From the NCBI RefSeq assembly GCF_000281045.1, contig NW_008246073.1:249495-292984 (forward strand): DNA of 43,490 bases, read 5' to 3'. This DNA is from Saprolegnia diclina VS20. Taxonomy: Eukaryota. The notes under the pieces are model-generated. The model made no database searches and was not told the origin of the DNA. It saw nothing but the letters and a program-made list of their open reading frames with translations. The position numbers were made by a program, and so were the translations under genes. This document shows, one piece after another, positions 36,901 through 43,490 of the stretch (positions within the stretch are counted from its first letter, which is position 1; each line of letters begins with the position of its first letter).

Positions 36901-38521
36901 CGCATCGTACCTCAACAACTTTGTCACGGCACTCGTCCATCCGAGTCCGACAACTGTCTTCAAGTGCGCGTCCGTGCTCGCCCTCGTGCTCCAAGCCGCC
37001 GAGCGGCACACGAAGATCAGCCTCTTTTTGCTGCTGACGCCCGAAAGCATCAATCGCGTCCATAGCGCGCTCGCCAAGTGGCACAGCGTGTACCACATCA
37101 GCGCGACGCTCGAGGCCATTTGTTTACGCTTGCACCAAATGGAAGTCGCGCAGTTCACCAAGCGTCTGCACACGGGCAAGAAGAAGATCTCCGGCGCCTT
37201 GCTGCAGTGGGTCCACGAGACGTTTACGCAGCGCTTTGTCCGAGTCGTCGTGCGGTCGGCCGACTCGGTCAAACCGTCGACGACGGCCAACACGATGACG
37301 GGCACCTTTACGCGACGCAAGACAGAGTCGCACCTCAGCAGTAACTCGGGCATTCGCCGCTTCTCCCGCTCCGTCATGCGAACGTCCGTGACGTGCAAGG
37401 TCGTACCATCGCCAGTTGCTCCAGCGCCAGAAGAGCCACGGACGCCAGAGCACACACCACCGACACTCGACACCAACACCGAGGCCAGCCCACCGCTGCG
37501 ATTGCCCCCGCTCTTGGAGCCACCAATCGCGAGCAGTCTTTTGCTCCCGCCAGCGCTGCCGCCCGTAAACGTCACGCCCGTCGTCGAGAGAGTCGAGACA
37601 GGTCGCCGACTGCCACCTCTGCGGCAGCGAGCGAATAGCTTAGCTCCCCGAGATATTCCAGATCTGCCACCGGCCACAGCTTCGCCACCACCAGCATCGT
37701 GTGTGGGACCGCCGCAAGCTCTTCTTCTCCCTGTCATGGCCGGCGGCATCGTGTCCAATACGTCTGTAGCCAGCCCCGAGGTGCCGACGACGACAGCGTT
37801 GACGGTCGCTGCGATTCTCGCAAGCGCAACACAGCAGCCACCGATGCCAGTTGGCGTCCCTGCAAGCGGTCCCTCACTGGCACTGCTCACTGCCACGCAA
37901 CCCGTCATGACGGCGGCCAGTGCTGAGCCGGCAATGGTTACGCCAGCGGCGCTGTCGACGGGCCAGAGCAGCACGACCGATTCGGCGCGTTTTGGCTCGC
38001 GCCTCTCGGGCAACGTACGCGACACTCGGACGTCGTCGACTGACGATGACGCGTCCTTGGAGCTATTGGCGTCGCGCAACCAATCATTTTACACGGTGGA
38101 CTTGTTCTTGGACGGTGATGGAAAGACGCTCACGAATGCGCGACGCAAGGCCGATGGGACGTTGCGGCGCATCATGCGGCCCGAGCAGTACGTGGTCGTG
38201 TCGCCCGCGGTGCTCACCGAGATTCGCCGGCGCCGAACCAACCGCCGGCGCCTCCTCGAAGGTCTCCGAGCTGCTCAAAAGGTGCATCGCGACACCAAGC
38301 TCATGCTCGCGTCGAAAAAAGAGCTCTCGGACGCCCTCGCCAACGTTGCCGTCTTGTACCGATCGGCCACCGAGAGCGCCATCCTGGATTTTGTCAAAGT
38401 CGGGTTGGACCCGGACCTCCAGACGTTCTTTGCTTCAGTTGTCAAGCCATTTTTGACGCCCAGCGACCACAAGGTGCACGAGAAGCGACGTTCGGTGCTA
38501 TGGCTCCCGCCCCCCACGTAG
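33963..38521 (+). CDS. Hypothetical multi-pass membrane protein with large cytosolic C-terminal region (paralog A)
   Basis: Spliced exons encode several hydrophobic helices (FDVLYIPL..RLATCP, MDFRFQTSFQIIMVMART, YNYKAQP|CIGSGRIPNNIRAL), then a long final exon ending at 38521. Clear paralogy with 38942-42356. Confidence 0.75.
36127..36295 (+). repeat. Degenerate 15-nt (5-aa) Pro/Thr/Glu coding repeat
   Basis: DPPPTEEPAAETPPTESPATETPPTESPLTESRPTEPPPPEAPPAETPRTET. Confidence 0.8.
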
Positions 38522-38757
38522 AGAGACGCACCATATTTGAATTCAAGTGTTCAACTGTTCTTGTGGTGGCGCCAACAAATAGCAAATCCAGGACATCGTG
38601 GACGAGCACATATCTCACTTTTCTACAGTGTACGCTGGCCTCGAGCCTACGTTCAATGTGTCACATTGGGCTCCTTGCGTGGTGTCGGTCCTAAGCGTCG
38701 CATCTTCGATGGTTGAGCAACGTGTGGTCCCTTGCGCGGCGGTTATTAGGCCTGTCG

Positions 38758-38841
38758 AAGCTCGAGTACATATGATGATGATGATGATATGGATTGAAGT
38801 CTTTATACAGACTAAAGACTCCACAAGCTCGAGTACATATG
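38758..38841 (-). mobile_element. Putative 50-bp, 5'-truncated non-LTR retroelement insertion with a 17-bp target-site duplication
   Basis: AAGCTCGAGTACATATG at 38758-38774 and 38825-38841. The insert holds an 8-bp stem-loop (38798-38820) and an (ATG)n/(CAT)n tract. Confidence 0.45.
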
Positions 38842-38941
38842 GACAACTACCGCGACTTGTCGCTCTCGACTAAGTGCAATTTTGTTTATAGCTCGTAACG
38901 GACTCCGCGGTTTTAGTGCCGGTACTCTCGCTGTTGAGCGC

Positions 38942-41900
38942 ATGACGCACAGCTGCTACGTGGCGGTCAATGCCACGTGCGCCAAAGCTGCATGGTCCGC
39001 GTGCGGCTACGGCTGGCTGCTACCGACGCCTGTCGCATCCCTCTGGTGTTTTTGGCTTCTTGGCGGCGGACAGCGGCTGCTGCACGTCCGGACATCCGAC
39101 TCTGGCCTCGAGTTTGATGTCACCAAGATTCACGATCCGCTTGCTCAAGGTACTTTTCACGAGTGCTGCAGAGAACGCAGTTGTGAACACGTAGGCAAGG
39201 CAGTCGCGCTCTCACAACGCAAGTCGTCTACGACGTCGCGTCGGCGGCTGCAACGCTATATGAAGCTCGGCGCCATGTGGGCCGAGTGGCCGTCACTCTC
39301 GCACACGCCGCTCACGATCGCCTTCAAGGTCGCGGGTGGTCCGCCCTGGCTCAACCCGCTCTACTTTTCACTCAACTTTCCCTATGAAGTGCGGTTGTCG
39401 TTTGCATTTTGCTCTGTCTCACGCAATGGACCAGGCGTCCAACGTTGTTTTGGTCCTGCTGTGTACTACCGCTGTGCTGCTCTTATGGCTCGGGAAGCGG
39501 ATCACCCCGATTTGTACGTCTACACGGTGTGGACGCCACTCACGCATGACTAGGCGATCTCTGGCGTAAAAAGTACCTGTACCCAATGGTATTTGACGTG
39601 CTCTACATCCCGCTCACATCGACGCTCGTACGACTTGCCACGTGTCCCGACGGCTACGTCCAGTTTGTGCTACCGGGTGGTGCCACGTGTGCGTGCATCG
39701 ATCATTTTGGCTACTTTTGGGTCCGTCTCTTGATACATTTGCTTGATATTTCAATTAGACAATGTGGAATATAGGGAATCGGTCTCTCTGGATTTGTCGC
39801 GCTGTACTTGTCAGCGCTCCACTACAAATTGTACACGGAGCCACTGGCAACCACCATGGACTTTCGCTTTCAGACCAGTTTCCAGATCATCATGGTCATG
39901 GCCCGCACACGTACACTAACTAACCCTTCCCTATGTATTTCCTGGCCACTATTGTCCTATTGTGGTCTAGTCAACCCGATCGTATCCATGCTCGTCAGTC
40001 AACTCGATATTGAACATCACCCGGCGATCGGCAGCGGCATCGCCCTCGGCTTTCTCCTCTGCATGACGCTGCTCTTTTGCTACAACTACAAGGTTCAGCC
40101 GGTATGAGTCTTTCAGCTTTGTGTCGATTCGACTGGAAAACGTTGTCGTCTAGTGCATTGGCAGCGGTCGCCTGCCCAACAACATTCGCGCGCTCACGTT
40201 CAGCAGCGCCATGTACGCGTCACTGTGCGTCCTCGCCTTTGTCGGTGCGTCGACACCCATTCGCCACCTCTACTACGCGCTGACGCCGCTGCCGCTGCTT
40301 TGGCTGGGCGTTTGGCGTCTCAACAATCGACGAGCATTGCACTTCCACATCCCCGACAAGAGCATCCTCGGGCTCTTGAGTGACCCGTCGTCGTCCGCAT
40401 CACGGGCTGTTGGCACAATCGCGGCACTGTACATGGACCCGTCCAAGCTGCATCCGTCCCAGTACGACGTCCTCTTGGGTCGTCTGCAGCAGCTGGTGGA
40501 TGTCCCCGAGTCACTGGACCTTTCGATTCGCGTTTTGGCGTTGCGCATTTTATGGTTTAGTCACATTCAGGTCCCGCATTCGGAGAACGGTTTGTTCAGG
40601 CGCCAACTCTGCCACTTTCTAGGCCTTCCGAAAGCAAAAGTTACCGATTGAAGAAGCTGAAAAAACGAATGCTATTCCGTTCAAGCACTATCTCAAAGAC
40701 GTCGAGAACGACCATCGCAAGCCCATTGTTGCATCGGCAAGTAGCCCGCCGTCGCTGCCCGCGAAAAAGTCGAGTGCTAAAGGCGTCTGCATCAAGATTC
40801 ACCGAATTCACCACATCAAAGGTACTACTATGTTAGCATACGTGAGTCAACCAACGAGCACTGGCGTAGATACGACGGCAACCAAAGGTCCTGCGGTACC
40901 CGACTTGACACCGTCGCCTTCTGGCATGCTCAAGAGAAGCTTTTCCCGCATGAGCATCGTGGCCCCGTTTGCTAGTCGCGGAAGTCAAACCGGCTCGGAG
41001 GACCCGTTCCATGTAATAGCGATCCGTGGTAAGCGCTGGCTGGCCAAGGTCGAGACTCCAGAGGATGCCATCTTGCGGCTCAAGCGCATCTTGGCACTGG
41101 GTGTCGAGACACTTCACGACGCGTGCGCGTTACAGCACAAGACAGCGATGCAAGACAGCGCGCGGTTCCTTCTCGAGTGGTACAAAGCCCGGTATGTTCG
41201 GCTCTCGGCCAGCACATATCTGTGTGTGTTGGCAGCACTCTGCAGCACGAGCAGCACGCATTCCAAGCATGTGCTTGACGTTGTTCACTCGCTGCACAAA
41301 CTCACGCTGGACGGTCACCTTCCCCCGTTGTTATGGCTGCGCCATGTCGAGTGTCTAAGCTACATTAGCATCGGATTAGAGACCGTAAGTGCCTCGACTG
41401 TACGCAAGTGCGCTTCAATTCTGGCGCTCGTGCTACAAGTGGCCGAGGCCGACGCAACGCGAAACCCGTGTGTGCTCTTGACGCCGGACGCCATGCGCCG
41501 CATCTGCGCTGGCCTCAATCGATGGGTTGACGACTATACCATCAGCGCAACGCTCGAAGTGCTCTGCATACGCTTGCATCGAATGGAAGCGAGCTACGAC
41601 CAGCGCCAACGCGAACACCGCCAAAGCCCATCGCCCCTCGTGTCGTGGGTTCAAACCCACCTGCGCTCGTCCTTTACGGGTGGTAGCCTTCGCGTGGCAG
41701 CCAACGACAGACAACCTTCGGCAAGTCGCACCATAACGCGGCGCCGAAACAGCGAGAGCCTTCGTACAACTCTATCTGGTGCCCGGGGCGCCCGAAAAAT
41801 GTCGTTTTTGTCCACCATACAGAGCGTAGCGACCGAGTCGCCGCCGCGCTCGATGTCGTCGCTACCCAAGATCGTCACGGTAATCGACCTCCTTGAGTTC

Positions 41901-42356
41901 GTCGAGTTCAAGCCGAACGCAATGGACGGGGCCTCGAAACGATCGATGGCGCGCACCGAAGACTTCAGCCTCGTGCCGCCTTCTGTCCTCAAAGAAGTCG
42001 AGCGCCGAAGGGCGACGCGGCGGGAGCTTATCGCGCAGCTCCGCCGGGTACAAACGCTGCAAGAAGCGGCGCAGACACCAGACCCCAAGTCGCGAGGCCG
42101 CAGCAGCGCAGCGAGTCGACGCCCTCGCACCTACGATCTCGCCGAGGCGCAAATGTCCCTCGTCATGCTCTTCTCGAGCGCAAAACGGTGTGCGCTGGAC
42201 GACTACGTGATCAGCGGTCTCGACGATAGGCTACGTACCTTTTTTGAAGCCCACATTCGACCACTTTTAGCGAGCCAGACGCTGCTACCGCGCGAGCCCA
42301 AGCGGTGGTGGCTTTGGCGCGAGCGTAGCGTCAATGACTCTCGAGCGTTGCCATAG
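38942..42356 (+). CDS. Hypothetical multi-pass membrane protein (paralog B)
   Basis: Same motifs and matching intron positions as paralog A (KIHDPLAQ|G, QRYMKLGAMWAEWPSL, FDVLYIPL, DFRFQTSFQIIMVMART, VGTIAALYMDP, FLLEWY, YTISATLE). Confidence 0.78.
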
Positions 42357-43456
42357 CTCATTTGAATGAATGTCGTACTGTTGGGAAGTCTCAAGTTCGA
42401 GTCCAAGACGCCCTTTGTCATGCCAGTCGCCGGAAGCGAGACTCGCGAGCTGTGGCTCTCGTGTGTCCGCGCTTGGCTCCGCAACGACCCCAAAGCACCG
42501 CGCAGCCGCATCGACGCCGCGCTCCAAGAACTCGGCCTCGCCCCGCTCTCCAACGGCCGCCAACGGCGACCTGCGCTCCGCCGCCCGACCTCGTAGGTCT
42601 ATTTATGCGACCTCGGGGTCCGGCAGCGCGCCAACATCATTCCGAGACGTGATCAAGAAAACAAGAAACAAGAAAAACAAGTACCGCGGAACCTAGACAC
42701 GCCTTTTTAGGATAGTGAAAAGAAGTTCTACTGAGTGAGTCCTTTCTCGGAAGGGCAATATCAATGTACGCTCATTTGCCGGTCATTGCTGAAAGAAAAG
42801 GGTTTGGACGTGTCACACTTGAACGTTCCTGGCGCTCGCTCTGACAAGAAACATTGAGTTGCCGTTTTCGAGATGGAATCGCCCAACGACAGAGTCCATG
42901 AGAAAACAAAAATTTCTTCGGAATTGAAACTGGCACGATACATTTTGGACAATAATATTATCGACATGCTGGTCCATTTATCTACGGCGAGAGCCAAGTT
43001 GATTTTGCGAGGCCGTGCGCGACCTGTTTAACTTTGTAGTGGCGTAAATCAAACGCCGTATACCCAACTTCACCTCTATATCTTATCAAGTGTCGCTTTT
43101 GGCGGGCTCGATTTTTAAAAATGGCAGCAAAATATATGTGGTCTCTTGACCGTGCACTTTGCCCGTCTCGTTTGTCGAACGAGGACCGGAAGTCGAAGAC
43201 ACTTGGTGTGGTACCGGTAAAAACAAAAGATCTATCTGTCACGTCCTCCAGTTAAGTCTTTTCGCAGATGCCCGAGCTACCGTGCGCTGCTGTTGCTGCA
43301 GCTGGTTCAAGCCAGCGTTCGCAACAGCGAATGCATCGTGCTTGGTCATTTTGGCACTCAATCTACGGGCGTCGCATGGGCGGAAATTCCGACGTGCGTG
43401 GTGCTGCAGTGCTTGGAGTACTCGTATTTGAACGAAGGTGGCTTGGCCGCTCGTAC

Positions 43457-43490
43457 TTTGGTCCTGCTGTGTACTACCGCTGTGCTGCTC
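43457..43490 (+). repeat. Exact 34-bp copy of 39449-39482, running off the window end
   Basis: TTTGGTCCTGCTGTGTACTACCGCTGTGCTGCTC is present at both positions. Confidence 0.9.

Noticed and set aside
35107..38079. Long minus-strand ORFs (486 aa and 409 aa)
   Set aside because: Antisense to paralog A; low-complexity mirror translations.
42347..42410. A-box/B-box-like motifs (TAGCTCA..GTTCGAGTCC) suggesting a tRNA or SINE
   Set aside because: The D, T and acceptor stems do not pair, and the A-box overlaps paralog B's stop codon.
42761..43242. Two short minus-strand ORFs in an AT-richer stretch as a transposon remnant
   Set aside because: No transposase/RT motifs or terminal repeats recognisable by eye.

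Overview
Eukaryotic, GC-rich, gene-dense genomic DNA with many short (~40-60 nt) spliceosomal introns. It is most likely from an oomycete (Saprolegniales-like); this is inferred from gene content and intron style, not proven. In order: a GT4 glycosyltransferase (5' end outside the window), four tandem intronless alpha/beta hydrolases with a fold-back repeat between copies 1 and 2, an outer dynein arm docking protein (CCDC151/ODA-DC1-like), a second GT4, NADH-cytochrome b5 reductase, an LRR protein, a TruA-family pseudouridine synthase convergent with a TCD/TcdA dehydratase, a tRNA-Val with the unusual GAC anticodon, a UBE2T-like E2, a small orphan gene, a fatty-acid hydroxylase/sterol desaturase, a TLC-domain protein, ARPC1, a large multi-exon ArfGAP-DENN-6xIQ-(NACK/DUF3490-like) protein, a DHX33-like helicase, and two tandem paralogous multi-pass membrane proteins of unknown function, with a duplicated or chimeric fragment at the window end. 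The most notable items are the ArfGAP-DENN-IQ-NACK-tail architecture and the G34 tRNA-Val. Gene coordinates span introns; splice sites were assigned by eye.
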